A stretch of DNA of 64,000 nt, taken from Candidatus Sericytochromatia bacterium. Its GTDB lineage: Bacteria; Cyanobacteriota; Sericytochromatia; S15B-MN24; JAQBPE01. Positions 38,499 through 48,040 of the stretch are shown one piece after another. The translations under genes and the position numbers were made by a program. The notes beneath the pieces were generated by a model. It saw only the letters and a list, made by a program, of their open reading frames with translations, made no database searches and was not told the origin of the DNA. Location of the stretch: the NCBI GenBank assembly GCA_036675505.1, contig JAKFEW010000058.1:7516-71515 (forward strand), read 5' to 3'. The stretch's first letter is position 1, and every line of letters starts with the position of its first letter.

Positions 38499-39113
38499 CT
38501 AGGTGCCGCCGAAGGCGGACCGCACGGTGCCGACCACCGAGCGGTAGATGCTCGAGTTGCGGAAGATGCCGGCGACCACGCTGTAGCCCGCCACGCCGCC
38601 GATCGCCGCGAAGATCGTCGCCATCGTGCCGGTGAAGGGCAGCAACGCGAGGACCACCGCGCCGCCGAGGGCGGCGCCTGCGCCGCCCGCGAGGCCGGTC
38701 ATCGAATCGGCCGTCACGCGGCCCGCGAACTCGCCGAAGCCGATCCGCCCCTGGAAGAGCCGGACGCCGTTGGCGACGGCCGAGATCGCGGCCTCGAAGA
38801 GCGCCGAGCGGGTGAGGAACGGGAGCGTGGCGCCCACGATGCCCTTGACGCTCGAGAAGATCGCGTTGCCGCGGAGGTTCTTGAGCGCCTTGAACAGCGC
38901 GCCGAACGCCGGGTTGACCGCCCGACCGCCGTCGATGCCGGTCTTCGCCATGTTGTAGAGGTGGGCCAGCGAATGGCCCTTGTCGATCATGTCGCCGTTG
39001 GTCAGCGCGTCGACCATCCCGCCGCCGCGCGGCTGGGAGGCGGCGGTGTAGACCGGGGCGGGACCCACGGGACGCATGGGCGTCGGGGTGGGGTAATAGC
39101 CGGTCGTGTACAT
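38499..39113 (-). CDS. Hypothetical membrane protein with Pro/Tyr-rich N-terminus and Gly-zipper hydrophobic C-terminal region
   Basis: ATG at 39113 with AAAGGAG 8 nt upstream. YTTGYYPTPTPMRPVGPAPVY…GLAGGAGAALGGAVVLALLPFTG…IGGVAGYSVVAGIF. Confidence 0.5.
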   Translation of the reverse strand: MYTTGYYPTPTPMRPVGPAPVYTAASQPRGGGMVDALTNGDMIDKGHSLAHLYNMAKTGIDGGRAVNPAFGALFKALKNLRGNAIFSSVKGIVGATLPFLTRSALFEAAISAVANGVRLFQGRIGFGEFAGRVTADSMTGLAGGAGAALGGAVVLALLPFTGTMATIFAAIGGVAGYSVVAGIFRNSSIYRSVVGTVRSAFGGT

Positions 39114-39256
39114 CGCGGTGGCTCCTTTCAGCTCCTGGTTCGACTCCAAACCAATCTCTGGAAACCTTGTAGGTGTTAACCAACTATTAATGAGTTAAGG
39201 AGTAAATAAGGTTTGGTTAAGAATGGGTGTGACGACCGGGAGATCCTCATGTAGAA

Positions 39257-39281
39257 GGCGCCCCTCCGCCGGAGGGGCGCC
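39257..39281. terminator. Perfect 11-bp-stem hairpin (GGCGCCCCTCC gcc GGAGGGGCGCC), likely terminator for the lipoprotein gene at 39305..39862
   Basis: Read directly from the sequence. Flanking arms extend the palindrome (agatcctcatgtag / cacgtgtaggatct). No strong U-tract. Confidence 0.4.
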
Positions 39282-39304
39282 ACGTGTAGGATCTGCTTCG
39301 CCGA

Positions 39305-39862
39305 TCACATCGCCGGGGGCGCCGGCGCTGGCGCCGGGGGCCCGCCGCCGCCGCTCTTCTTCTTCTTCTTCTTGAAGTAGCTGCGGATGATGTCCCACAC
39401 ATTGAACCGGCGGCGCTTGCGCTTGGCCTCGGTCTGGCCCGCGCCGATCACCGCATCGTCGCCGTCGATCGTCTCGTGGTGCTGGCGCGGCGCCGTCAGA
39501 TCCTCGTCGAGCTCGGCGAGCGCCGACACGATCGCGGGGATCAGCTTGTCCTGCACCGCCTCGGACTCGCCATCCACCCGCTCGAGCTCGGTCGCGAGGA
39601 AGGCCGCCGCGGCGTCGCTGTCGGTCTCGCCGAGCTTGTCGATCAGCGCGAGCCGGCGCTTGGTGGCCGCAGCCGTCTGGCCCCGCACGGCCTTGTAGGT
39701 CGTGATCAGGCGCGCGGCTGCCGCGTCCTTGGCGGCGGCCTGGGCGGAAACGACCTCGGTGCGCACGGCCTGCGGCGTGCGGGCGGGCGAGGCGTTGACG
39801 CCGCAGCCGGCCAACATGGCACCCAAGAGCACGGTGGCGGTCAGGCGAGTCAGACGGGGCAT
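39305..39862 (-). CDS. Lipoprotein with a C-terminal poly-Lys then Gly/Pro-Ala tail (…KKKKKKSGGGGPPAPAPAPPAM)
   Basis: ATG at 39862 with AAAGGAAAGG upstream. Lipobox LAGCG. Confidence 0.6.
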   Translation of the reverse strand: MPRLTRLTATVLLGAMLAGCGVNASPARTPQAVRTEVVSAQAAAKDAAAARLITTYKAVRGQTAAATKRRLALIDKLGETDSDAAAAFLATELERVDGESEAVQDKLIPAIVSALAELDEDLTAPRQHHETIDGDDAVIGAGQTEAKRKRRRFNVWDIIRSYFKKKKKKSGGGGPPAPAPAPPAM

Positions 39863-40166
39863 GGCACCTTTCCTTTCTCAGGGGCCACGGTCGTATCGTG
39901 GCAGGGAGCGACGAACGATAACTTAATCGTTCCTTTACCTTTCCACCATCTTAATTTTAGATCCTCAGATCGAGGTTATGAAAAGGTTAAATTTAGCCTG
40001 AAATCGCCAAATTCGCACCTGACGGCCTTCACTCGGCCCCTTAACAGCTCACGGCCGCCGATCACGGCGATCAGCGAACGACGGAGCGCGCGTTGCCGCA
40101 GGCATCCGCGCCCGGCCATGCTGAAAGCGGGAGACCGCGCGGGGTGCGGCAAGAGAGGAGGGTCGA

Positions 40167-41009
40167 ATGCGGAGGATCTTTGCGGCTCTGGTGATGATCG
40201 GCCTGGCCGGCGCGGCCCCGCTGGGGTGTGGGCGCGTCGTCGAAGGCGTGCTGACGGCGGCGCCGGCGTTCCTGATCGGCGAGAGCCAGGAGATCGCGAT
40301 CGGCCTGCAGGGGGCCAGGGAGATTGTGGCCGAGACGCCGATCTACCCGGATCCCAGGCTCGCGGGCTACGTTCAGCGCCTCGGCGCGCGCGTCGCCGCC
40401 ACGACCGAGCGAGCTGACCTGCCATGGACCTTCACCGTGCTCCGGTCCGACGAGCCCGACGCCTTCGCGCTGCCGGGCGGCTACGTCTTCCTCACCACCG
40501 GCATGATCAAGCGCATGCGCGACGAGGCCGAGCTGGTCGGCGTGCTCTCCCACGAGATCGGGCACATCACCTCGCGCCACGCCCTCGAGCTGATCCGCCA
40601 GGCAGCCGTGGCGCAGGGCCTCACCGAAGCCGTGATCGGCCAGGACTCGGGCGCGACGGCGCTGCTCGCGAACGTGGTCACCACGCTGGTGCTGCGGGGA
40701 TACGGCCGCTCGAAGGAGATCGAGGCCGACCAGCTCGGCGCGCGCTACGCGGCAGGCCTGGGGTTCGATCCGCAAGCCCTGGGCGACATGCTCACCAGGC
40801 TCGAGCTGGAGAGCGGCGGCGCGCCGGCCTGGCTTGCGCCCCTCTCGACCCATCCCACGCTCGACGAGCGCCTGAGCGCCTTGAACACGACGATCGCGAC
40901 GCTCGGCGGCGGCGGTGGCGGTGGCGGCACCGGCGGCACCGGAACGCGGACCCCGAGCAGCCGCGGCGACGGCCAGGCCTTCGCCGCCGCGACGGCCTCC
41001 CTGCGCTGA
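40167..41009 (+). CDS. M48-family zinc metallopeptidase lipoprotein (BepA/YcaL-like)
   Basis: ATG at 40167 with GAGGAGGG upstream. Lipobox LGCG. HEIGH zinc motif. The C-terminal GGGGGGGTGGTG tail. Confidence 0.8.
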   Translation: MRRIFAALVMIGLAGAAPLGCGRVVEGVLTAAPAFLIGESQEIAIGLQGAREIVAETPIYPDPRLAGYVQRLGARVAATTERADLPWTFTVLRSDEPDAFALPGGYVFLTTGMIKRMRDEAELVGVLSHEIGHITSRHALELIRQAAVAQGLTEAVIGQDSGATALLANVVTTLVLRGYGRSKEIEADQLGARYAAGLGFDPQALGDMLTRLELESGGAPAWLAPLSTHPTLDERLSALNTTIATLGGGGGGGGTGGTGTRTPSSRGDGQAFAAATASLR

Positions 41010-41027
41010 TCACGAACTCCTCGAAAC

Positions 41028-41062
41028 CTGCGCGCTGGCTGCCATAGCCGGCGCGCAGCTTT
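41028..41062 (+). terminator. Candidate terminator hairpin after the M48 peptidase gene
   Basis: CTGCGCGCTGGC tgccata GCCGGCGCGCAG (12-bp stem with 1 mismatch), then CTTTGT. Confidence 0.35.
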
Positions 41063-41281
41063 GTAACGAAAACTTCACGACTTATGTCTCTCACACTCAA
41101 GTCGTTTAACAAAGTTTAGTTGTTCAGGGGGGGTGCCGCTGCTATCATGAATTCACCAGGAAACGCCCCCCCGATCGGTCGACAGCCCGGATGCCTCCTT
41201 GCATTCGAGCTATTCATTGCCGCGTCCGCCCTCCCTGGTGCCCCGCCCGATGGACGGGTGGCCCGAAAGTGAGAGGCCCCT

Positions 41282-41494
41282 ATGGACGCCCCGCGCAAAA
41301 CCTCCCGCAAGCCCACGACGCCACGTACCGCCTCGCACGCGAAGCGAAGCGAGACGGCTCAGGCCGCGAAGATGCCTCGCGGACGCATGAAGAACCTGAC
41401 GCCGGACGGCTTGCGTCGGCTCTGGCAGCTCCACCATCCGGACCTCCCGGAAATTCGCTCGTCCCTCGAACGGCTCTATCGTCGCGGTTACTAG
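41282..41494 (+). CDS. Small basic hypothetical protein (70 aa)
   Basis: ATG at 41282 with GAGAGG upstream. Arg/Lys-rich. Followed by a clean terminator. Confidence 0.45.
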   Translation: MDAPRKTSRKPTTPRTASHAKRSETAQAAKMPRGRMKNLTPDGLRRLWQLHHPDLPEIRSSLERLYRRGY

Positions 41495-41507
41495 CGAGAA
41501 CGCCACC

Positions 41508-41535
41508 AGGCCCGGCTCACGCCGGGCCTTTTTCG
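41508..41535 (+). terminator. Rho-independent terminator
   Basis: AGGCCCGGC tcac GCCGGGCCT followed by TTTTTCG. Confidence 0.6.
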
Positions 41536-41750
41536 TTGGCGGGCTCGGTCTTGCCCCACAGCGCCGCCATCAGGCGCTCGATGCCGCGCTGGCTGTGGAC
41601 CATGAAATCGAGCGTGCCGAGCCGCGCGAGCCCCTCTGCCGCGGCCACGTCTTCCAGGAGCCGCCGCACCGAAGCCACGGTCTGCTGCGGCTCCGGGTAA
41701 CGGTGGCAGGAGTAGACCACCCCGTTCACCAGGACCTGCCCGACAATCAT
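41517..41750 (-). CDS. Small hypothetical protein (77 aa), translationally coupled downstream of the STAS gene
   Basis: ATG at 41750 overlaps the STAS-gene stop (ATGA). MIVGQVLVNGVVYSCHRYPEPQQ…. Confidence 0.35.
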   Translation of the reverse strand: MIVGQVLVNGVVYSCHRYPEPQQTVASVRRLLEDVAAAEGLARLGTLDFMVHSQRGIERLMAALWGKTEPANEKGPA

Positions 41751-42118
41751 GCGGTCACCCCCGCCACGTAGCGTCCCATCCCGAGGCGTTCCACCGAAAA
41801 CCGCGGCACCGCCGGGATCGCGAGCCGCTCCAGCAATAGCTGGCATGCGCCGCTCGCCCCCGAAAAGCTGATGATCGCCCGGCGCGAATGCACGCCGACC
41901 ACCTGCAAGAAGAGGTCCTCGGCCGCTTCCGCGTCGAGCGCGGTCACACCGGACAGATCGATCGTCAGGCGGACGCCGATGCGGCTCGCCGCCAGCTCAC
42001 GCAGCCGCTCGACCACGGCCTGGCATGCGCCCGCTCCCAGGTCGCCCCTGAGCCCGAGTACCAGCGTGTCGCCCGCCAACCAATCATTCATCACGAATCG
42101 AGGATCCAGGGACGCCAT
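41747..42118 (-). CDS. STAS-domain anti-sigma factor antagonist (SpoIIAA/RsbV-like)
   Basis: ATG at 42118 with GGAGG 4 nt upstream. LVLGLRGDLGAGACQAVVERLRELA…RLTIDLSGVTALDAEAAEDL. Confidence 0.6.
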   Translation of the reverse strand: MASLDPRFVMNDWLAGDTLVLGLRGDLGAGACQAVVERLRELAASRIGVRLTIDLSGVTALDAEAAEDLFLQVVGVHSRRAIISFSGASGACQLLLERLAIPAVPRFSVERLGMGRYVAGVTA

Positions 42119-42260
42119 GCGACCTCCAATCGGCTCGGGATGCGGGGCTTAGGGCTTGTAACGAATCGTGAACCTTTGCTACCGGTTATAGCACGCACCT
42201 AACCTGGCGTGCAACAGAAATTCACAACTTTCACATTCGTGCAACATTCGGGAGGCCGCA

Positions 42261-42857
42261 TCACGAGGCGGTCGGCGGCTCCCCGTCGCCGGCCCATGGC
42301 CGGAGACGCGGCAGGAGCGCAGGGACCGCCCGGCAATAGGCGTCCCACTCGGCGCCGAACGCCTCGGCCAGCATCGATTCCTCGACCCGCACGCGCCAGG
42401 CCAGGGCAGGCGCGTAAACCACCGGCACGAGCGCGGCCGCGGCCACGGAACCGAACAACAAGGGCAGCGCCGCCACCCAGCAAGCGGATCCGAGGTACGC
42501 AGGATGGCGCAACCGTGCATACAGCCCGCGCGTGACGAGGCGGTGGCCCTCGCGCAGCTCGACGAGCGGCGAGAAGTGCTCGTCGAGCGTGGCGACCGCG
42601 GCCAGGCGCAGCGCGAAGCCCAGCGCGAACAGCGCGACGCCCACCGCCGGCGCCCAGGCCGGCTCCGGCCAAACGCCTGGCGCGAAAGCCAGCTCAAGGA
42701 CGCCGGCGGCGAGCACGGCATGCCAGGCCGCCACGAGCGCGGCGGCGCTGCCCTGGTCGCGCCGGCCACCGCCAGCGCGCGCCGCGCGCAAGGCGCCGAG
42801 CTGGGCGATCGTCATCAAGACGGCGAGCGCGACGCCGAAGATCGCGAAACCGCTCAC
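42261..42857 (-). CDS. Isoprenylcysteine carboxyl methyltransferase / phospholipid methyltransferase family membrane protein
   Basis: LVTRGLYARLRHPAYLGS motif. Proposed GTG start at 42857 overlaps the TGA of the HD-GYP gene (GTGA). An alternative ATG exists at 42812. Confidence 0.55.
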   Translation of the reverse strand: MSGFAIFGVALAVLMTIAQLGALRAARAGGGRRDQGSAAALVAAWHAVLAAGVLELAFAPGVWPEPAWAPAVGVALFALGFALRLAAVATLDEHFSPLVELREGHRLVTRGLYARLRHPAYLGSACWVAALPLLFGSVAAAALVPVVYAPALAWRVRVEESMLAEAFGAEWDAYCRAVPALLPRLRPWAGDGEPPTAS

Positions 42858-43576
42858 GGCGCCTGCTCGCGGCCGAGCTTGCGCGGCAGCACGTAGTCGA
42901 CGAAGATGCGCGCGAGCTCCGGGTCGTAGGCGATGCCCGCGAGCCGGTTGATCTCGGCCATCGCGTCCTCGGGGCGCATCGCCGGGCGGTAGGGCCGCGC
43001 CTGCGTCATCGCCTCGGCGCTGTCGGCCAGGCGCAGGATCCGCGCAGGCAGCGGGATCTGGGTGCCGGCGAGGCCATCCGGGTAGCCGAGGCCATCCCAG
43101 CGCTCGTGCGACCAGCGCACCCACGTCGCGACAGTGGGATCGTTCGTCACCTCGAGCGCGCGCTGCGCGCCGCGGGCGGTATGGGTCCAGACGCGATGCA
43201 GGTCGGGCTGGCTCAGCAGGCCCGATCCTGCGAGCAGGTCGGCGGGGAAGTCCAGCTCGCCGACGTCGTGCAGGAGCGCCGCGCGCTCGAGCCGCCCACG
43301 TTCTTCAGCCGGCAGGGCCACGGCGTCGGCCAGGGCCAGCGCCAGATCTGCGACGCGGCGGGCGTGGCCAGGCCCGTAGCGCTCGTGGGCGTCGGCCTCG
43401 CGGACGAGCGCGTCGAGGTCCTTGGGCTTGGCCGGCTTGGCCCGCCGGAACGCCCCGCTGGCATCCTCATCGCCCTCGCCCTTCGGGCCGGGGAGCAGGA
43501 AGTAGAAGACGGCCAGGGAGGCGAAGAAGAAGCAGAGGTAGCCGAAGAGGGCCGCCCAATCTGAAAAAGTGGTCAT
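42854..43576 (-). CDS. HD-GYP domain c-di-GMP phosphodiesterase with an N-terminal transmembrane helix
   Basis: ATG at 43576 (MTTFSDWAALFGYLCFFFASLAVFYFLL). HDVGE…HHERWDGLGYPDGL motifs. Confidence 0.75.
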   Translation of the reverse strand: MTTFSDWAALFGYLCFFFASLAVFYFLLPGPKGEGDEDASGAFRRAKPAKPKDLDALVREADAHERYGPGHARRVADLALALADAVALPAEERGRLERAALLHDVGELDFPADLLAGSGLLSQPDLHRVWTHTARGAQRALEVTNDPTVATWVRWSHERWDGLGYPDGLAGTQIPLPARILRLADSAEAMTQARPYRPAMRPEDAMAEINRLAGIAYDPELARIFVDYVLPRKLGREQAP

Positions 43577-43749
43577 GGAACCCTTTCCCTCTTTCCAGCT
43601 CCCCCACGAACCCACCCGGTGGAGAGGTGCTCCGCAGGGGCGGTGAGGGGGTCTCCCAGCTTGCTCCGAGACCCCCTCACCGGAAAGCCCACCAGGCCTG
43701 CGCCTGGTGGGCTTTCTGTCCTCTCCCCCACCGGGGAGAGGGAGGGGTG
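43577..43749. mobile_element. MITE-like repeat element (about 173 bp) filling the hppA / HD-GYP intergenic region
   Basis: 5' TIR ccctttccctctttCCAGCTCCCCCACGAACCCACCCgg, an inverted orientation of the family motif. Shared internal block GGAGAGGTGCTCCGCAGGGGCGGTGAGGGGGTCTC. Two perfect hairpins (GGTGAGGGGGTCTC…GAGACCCCCTCACC and GAAAGCCCACCAGG cctgcg CCTGGTGGGCTTTC). Degenerate inverted TIR at the 3' end (cctctcccccaccggggagagggaggggtg). Confidence 0.5.
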
Positions 43750-45966
43750 TTAGGGGGAGACCGCGGGGCTCGGCGCCATCGCCGGGCTCTCGACAGCCAT
43801 CGGGCTTTCGACAGCCACCGGGCTCGCCACCGGCGAGGTCACCGGGACGGGATGAACCACCACCGTCGGCACGATCGCCTTGGCATTCGGGTGCACCTGG
43901 AGGATGAACGGGATGATCAGGAGCGCCACGATGTTGAGGATCTTGATCATCGGGTTGAGCGCGGGGCCGGCGGTGTCCTTGAAGGGGTCACCAACCGTGT
44001 CGCCGACGACCGCGGCGGCGTGAGCCGGCGTGCCCTTGGCGCCCTTGATCTCGATCGCCTTCTTGGCGTTGTCCCAGGCCGCGCCGCCGACGGTCATCAT
44101 CAGCGCGAGCGTGAGGCCCGTGATGATGACGCCGACCAGCAGGCCGCCGAGGACGATCGGGCCGAGCACCATGCCGACCGTGATCGGGATGAGGATCGCG
44201 AGCACGGCCGGGAGGAACATCTCCCGGATGGCCGCCTCGGTGACGATCGAGACGCAGCGGTCGTACTGGGGCTTGTTCTTGCCTTCGAGGATGCCCAGCT
44301 CGCGGAACTGGCGGCGCACCTCGGTGATGACCGACTGCGCGGCCTTCGAGACAGCCCGCATGAAGATCGAGCTGAAGTAGAAGGGCAGCACGCCGCCGAT
44401 GAAGAGGCCGGCGATGACCATCGGATCGGAGAGACCGAACGAGATGTATTCGGCGTGGCCGCCAGCCTTCACGGCCGCGATCTCCATGTAACGGTAGAGG
44501 TCCTGGGTGTACGAGGCGAACAGCACGAGGGCGGCGAGGCCGGCCGAGCCGATCGCGTAACCCTTGGTGACGGCCTTGGTGGTGTTGCCGACCGCGTCGA
44601 GCGCGTCGGTGATCTGGCGGATCTCGTGGGGCAGCTCCGACATCTCGGCGATGCCGCCGGCGTTGTCGGTGATCGGACCGAACGAGTCGATCGCGACGAC
44701 CATGCCGGCCGTCGAGAGCATCGACACCGCGGCGACCGCGATGGCGTAGAGGCCGGAGTTGTAGTCACCGGCGAAGCCGCCGGCGGCGCCGAAGGAAGCG
44801 ATGATCGCGGCCACGATGACGAGCACCGGCGCGAGCGTCGACTCCATGCCGACCGCGAGGCCGGCGATGATGTTGGTGGCGGCGCCGGTCTCGGACGCCG
44901 TGGCGACTTCCTCGACCGGGCGGAAGCCGGTGGCGGTGTAGTACTCGGTGATGATCGTGATGATGACCATGACCGCGGTACCGATCAGCGCCGCCGACAG
45001 GAACTTCCACGGCATCGTCGGGAACATCGTGTAGGTGAGGGCGACGAAGCCGAGCATCGCGATGGCGGCCGTCACGCCCGTGCCCATGTAGAGCGCGTGC
45101 ATGATGTTGTTGTTCTTGCCGAGCCGGACGCTGAACGTACCGACGATCGAGGCCAGGATGGCGATCGCGCCGAGGCCGATCGGGTAGAGGACGTACTTCA
45201 CGTTGGTCGGGTCGGCCGCTTCGGGGAAGAAGAGGTGGCCGAGCAACATCGCCGCGATCAGCGTGACGACGTAGGTCTCGAAGAGGTCGGCGCCCATGCC
45301 GGCGCAGTCGCCGACGTTGTCGCCGACGTTGTCCGCGATGACGGCGGGGTTGCGCGGGTCGTCTTCGGGGATGCCCGCCTCGACCTTGCCGACGAGGTCG
45401 GCGCCGACGTCGGCGGCCTTGGTGAAGATGCCGCCGCCCACGCGGGCGAACAGCGAGATCAACGAGGCGCCGAAGCCCATGCCGATGATGTGCTCGACGG
45501 CGCGCGCCGGATCGATCATGCGGACGACGCCGAAGTAAGCGGCGACGCCCAGCAGGCCGAGGCCGGCGACGGCGAGGCCGGTGACGGCGCCGCCGCGGAA
45601 GGCGACCTGCAACGCGGCGGCGAGACCCTTCTCGGCGGCCGCGGCGGTGCGCACGTTCGCGCGCACCGAGATGTTCATGCCGACATAGCCGGCGGCGGCC
45701 GAGAAGGCCGCGCCGATGGCGAAGCCGACGGCCGAGTACATGCCCAGCGCGATCGCGATGACCACGAAGGTGATGGCGCCGACGACCGCAACCCACTTGT
45801 ACTGGGTGTTCAGATAGGCGCCAGCGCCCTCCTGGATGGCAGCGGCGATCTCGCGCATCCGCTCGTTGCCGTCGGGCATTTTCAGGATGCTCATGGCGAG
45901 CATTGCGCTCACTCCGAGCGTGAGGATAGCGGCGACGACGCTACCCCAGATGATCAGATGTTCCAT
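43750..45966 (-). CDS. hppA: Membrane-bound H+-translocating pyrophosphatase (V-PPase) with a C-terminal SP(V/M)A-repeat extension
   Basis: 738 aa. [41 protein letters not shown]. Multiple TM segments. C-terminal …[30 protein letters not shown]. Confidence 0.9.
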   Translation of the reverse strand: MEHLIIWGSVVAAILTLGVSAMLAMSILKMPDGNERMREIAAAIQEGAGAYLNTQYKWVAVVGAITFVVIAIALGMYSAVGFAIGAAFSAAAGYVGMNISVRANVRTAAAAEKGLAAALQVAFRGGAVTGLAVAGLGLLGVAAYFGVVRMIDPARAVEHIIGMGFGASLISLFARVGGGIFTKAADVGADLVGKVEAGIPEDDPRNPAVIADNVGDNVGDCAGMGADLFETYVVTLIAAMLLGHLFFPEAADPTNVKYVLYPIGLGAIAILASIVGTFSVRLGKNNNIMHALYMGTGVTAAIAMLGFVALTYTMFPTMPWKFLSAALIGTAVMVIITIITEYYTATGFRPVEEVATASETGAATNIIAGLAVGMESTLAPVLVIVAAIIASFGAAGGFAGDYNSGLYAIAVAAVSMLSTAGMVVAIDSFGPITDNAGGIAEMSELPHEIRQITDALDAVGNTTKAVTKGYAIGSAGLAALVLFASYTQDLYRYMEIAAVKAGGHAEYISFGLSDPMVIAGLFIGGVLPFYFSSIFMRAVSKAAQSVITEVRRQFRELGILEGKNKPQYDRCVSIVTEAAIREMFLPAVLAILIPITVGMVLGPIVLGGLLVGVIITGLTLALMMTVGGAAWDNAKKAIEIKGAKGTPAHAAAVVGDTVGDPFKDTAGPALNPMIKILNIVALLIIPFILQVHPNAKAIVPTVVVHPVPVTSPVASPVAVESPMAVESPAMAPSPAVSP

Positions 45967-46076
45967 GGTTGCTGCTTACCTACTCCTTGCGGTGCGAGAC
46001 GATGGGACGGCCATGTCAACGAATAGAGTTGAATCTCGAGTCAATCAGAGAGGGGATTTTACCGGAGTTTAACGAA

Positions 46077-46108
46077 GCCGGCAACCACGGGATCCCGCGG
46101 TTGCCGGC
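46077..46108 (-). terminator. Hairpin terminator candidate downstream of the GGDEF gene
   Basis: GCCGGCAACCACGGG atc CCGCGGTTGCCGGC (14/15 bp stem). On the minus strand it is followed by TTCGTT. Confidence 0.4.
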
Positions 46109-46133
46109 TCAGGGGTGACATAAGACGTTCAAT

Positions 46134-47681
46134 TCAAGGAGCGACGGCTTCCTCGCAGACCGTCGTGCGGTTCCTGCCCGCTTGCTTCGAGCGATACAGC
46201 GCGCGGTCCGCCGCCTCGAGCAGGGCATCCTCGTCGCGTGCATGGGTCGGCCAGGTGGCGACCCCGACGCTCACCGTCACCTGCATGATCTCGCCCTTCG
46301 GGCCGGGCAGCGCGACGGCCTCGATCGCCTCGCGCACCCGCTCGGCCATCGACCACGCGCCGTGCACATCGGTCTCGGGCATCAGCACGAGCATCTCCTC
46401 GCCGCCGAAGCGTGCGGGCACGTCGAGGTCCTCGCGCACGCTGCTCTTGATCGTCCTCGCGACCACCCTGAGGACCTCGTCGCCGGTGGCGTGACCATAG
46501 GTATCGTTGAAGCGCTTGAAGTGGTCGATGTCCATGATCATGATCGACACCTTCGTGTCGTAACGGCCCGCCCGACGCACCTCCTCGGCGAGGCGCTGCT
46601 CGAAGTGCCGGCGGATGTACAGCTTGGTCAAGCCGTCCACGGTCGCGAGCTCGTAGAGCCGCGCGTTCTCGATCGCCGTCGCGGCCTGCGACGCCAGGTT
46701 CACCAGCAACGGCACGTCTTCTTCCGGATCGAAGGGCTCGACCGTGTTGCGCGCCTCCTTGTCGAAGACCACCAGCACGCCGAAGACGCGCTCCTGGTAC
46801 GTGACCGGCACCGCGACGCCGGTGGTCGCGCCGAGCTCGGGCGGAATGTCATCAGCCGTGAGCATGACCGGCTGGCCGCCGCGCAAGGCCTCCACGATCC
46901 ATGGCGCCGTGACCGGCCATGAGAAAGGCTGCTCGCGCTCCTCGAAGCCATACATGGCGACGGCATCCAGGCTCTCCGCGCCCTCCGAGACCGTCAGCAG
47001 GAAGCCCCGGCGTGCGTCGACCAGCTCGATCGCGCGGATGATCAGCTCGCGCGTGATGCGCCCACGGTCGAGGCTCGAGCTGATGTCGCGGCTGATGTCG
47101 TAGAGCTGCTCGAGCTGGCGCACCTTGAGGCCGAGCTGCATGTTGGCCGCCATCAACTCGGTCTTGAGCGCGTAGTTGTGGAGCGCGACGGCCAGTTGGC
47201 GGGCGATCAGCGTCAGGATGTCCGTCTCGGTCTGGGAGAGCGGCGCGCGAGAGAGCTTCTCGCCGAGCATCAGCAACCCCATGAAGTGGCGGTTCACGGC
47301 CAGCGGCAGCCAGACGGCGCGCGGCAGGCCATCGAGGGCCGTGGCGTTGTCGGCCAGGAACTCCGCGAGCGCCTCGTGCGGGTCCTCGAGGTCCACCGGC
47401 GAGCCGCCCTCGGCGATGAAGAAGCGCCGCGCGTCGGCCGGCACGGACAGCTGCGTCGGCGTCTCGATGCCGACCGACTCCAGCGCCCGGTCCTCGGGCC
47501 GGTAGAGCATCAGGGCCCCGCGCCCGATGCCGAACGCGCCGCCCGCCATGCGCAGGATCGCCCGGATCGAGGACTGGGGGTTCGGGTTCGTGGTCATCTG
47601 CTCGGCCATTTCGCCGAGCGCGGAGAGGATGTAAAGCAGCCGCTCCAGGGCGTGGTCGCCCTGGTCCTGGTCTTCCACCAT
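46134..47681 (-). CDS. GAF-GAF-GGDEF diguanylate cyclase
   Basis: Two GAF-like regions, then a GGDEF domain with the intact RFGGEEM signature plus RYDTKVSIMIMDIDHFKRFND. ATG at 47681 overlaps the STAS stop by 1 nt; a TTG at 47684 is also possible. Confidence 0.85.
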   Translation of the reverse strand: MVEDQDQGDHALERLLYILSALGEMAEQMTTNPNPQSSIRAILRMAGGAFGIGRGALMLYRPEDRALESVGIETPTQLSVPADARRFFIAEGGSPVDLEDPHEALAEFLADNATALDGLPRAVWLPLAVNRHFMGLLMLGEKLSRAPLSQTETDILTLIARQLAVALHNYALKTELMAANMQLGLKVRQLEQLYDISRDISSSLDRGRITRELIIRAIELVDARRGFLLTVSEGAESLDAVAMYGFEEREQPFSWPVTAPWIVEALRGGQPVMLTADDIPPELGATTGVAVPVTYQERVFGVLVVFDKEARNTVEPFDPEEDVPLLVNLASQAATAIENARLYELATVDGLTKLYIRRHFEQRLAEEVRRAGRYDTKVSIMIMDIDHFKRFNDTYGHATGDEVLRVVARTIKSSVREDLDVPARFGGEEMLVLMPETDVHGAWSMAERVREAIEAVALPGPKGEIMQVTVSVGVATWPTHARDEDALLEAADRALYRSKQAGRNRTTVCEEAVAP

Positions 47682-48040
47682 CAAGTCTCCAGGACGCCGC
47701 GGATCGCCTGCGCCTCGTTCTCATACAAGGCCGCGTATTGGGTCAGGCCCATGATCGTGAAGGTCTTGTGGATGGTCTTCGTGAGGTTGCAGAAGGCCAG
47801 CACCCCGTGGATCTCCTGCATCTTCTCGATGATCTCGATCAGGATCGAGATGCCGATCGAGTTGATCACCGTGCTCTTCTCGAGGTTGATGATCAGGCGC
47901 GAATAGCCTTCGGCCATCAACAGGCTCGCCGCCTCGCCGATCCGCTCGCCGGCCAGGTTGTTGATGTAGCCGTCGGTGTGAATGACGGCGAAGCGACCCT
48001 GGGGGTCCTTCTGGGTGGTGATGGCGAATTGGTTGATCAC
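47681..48040 (-). CDS. STAS-domain anti-sigma factor antagonist (RsbV/SpoIIAA-like)
   Basis: GTG at 48040 overlaps the TGA of the upstream kinase gene (GTGA). FAITTQKDPQGRFAVIHTDGYINNLAGERIGE…LIINLEKSTVINSIGISILIEI. Confidence 0.65.
   Translation of the reverse strand: MINQFAITTQKDPQGRFAVIHTDGYINNLAGERIGEAASLLMAEGYSRLIINLEKSTVINSIGISILIEIIEKMQEIHGVLAFCNLTKTIHKTFTIMGLTQYAALYENEAQAIRGVLET

Noticed and set aside
36967-39183. 738-aa minus-strand ORF
   Set aside because: It is antisense to rlmD (37000..38448 +), which has clear TRAM/Fe-S/SAM motifs. Its translation is low-complexity. Only its 3' portion, in a different frame, corresponds to a real small gene (38499..39113).
43627-46026. 799-aa plus-strand ORF
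   Set aside because: It is antisense to the well-supported hppA gene. Its translation is Gly/Asp/Arg-rich with no motifs.
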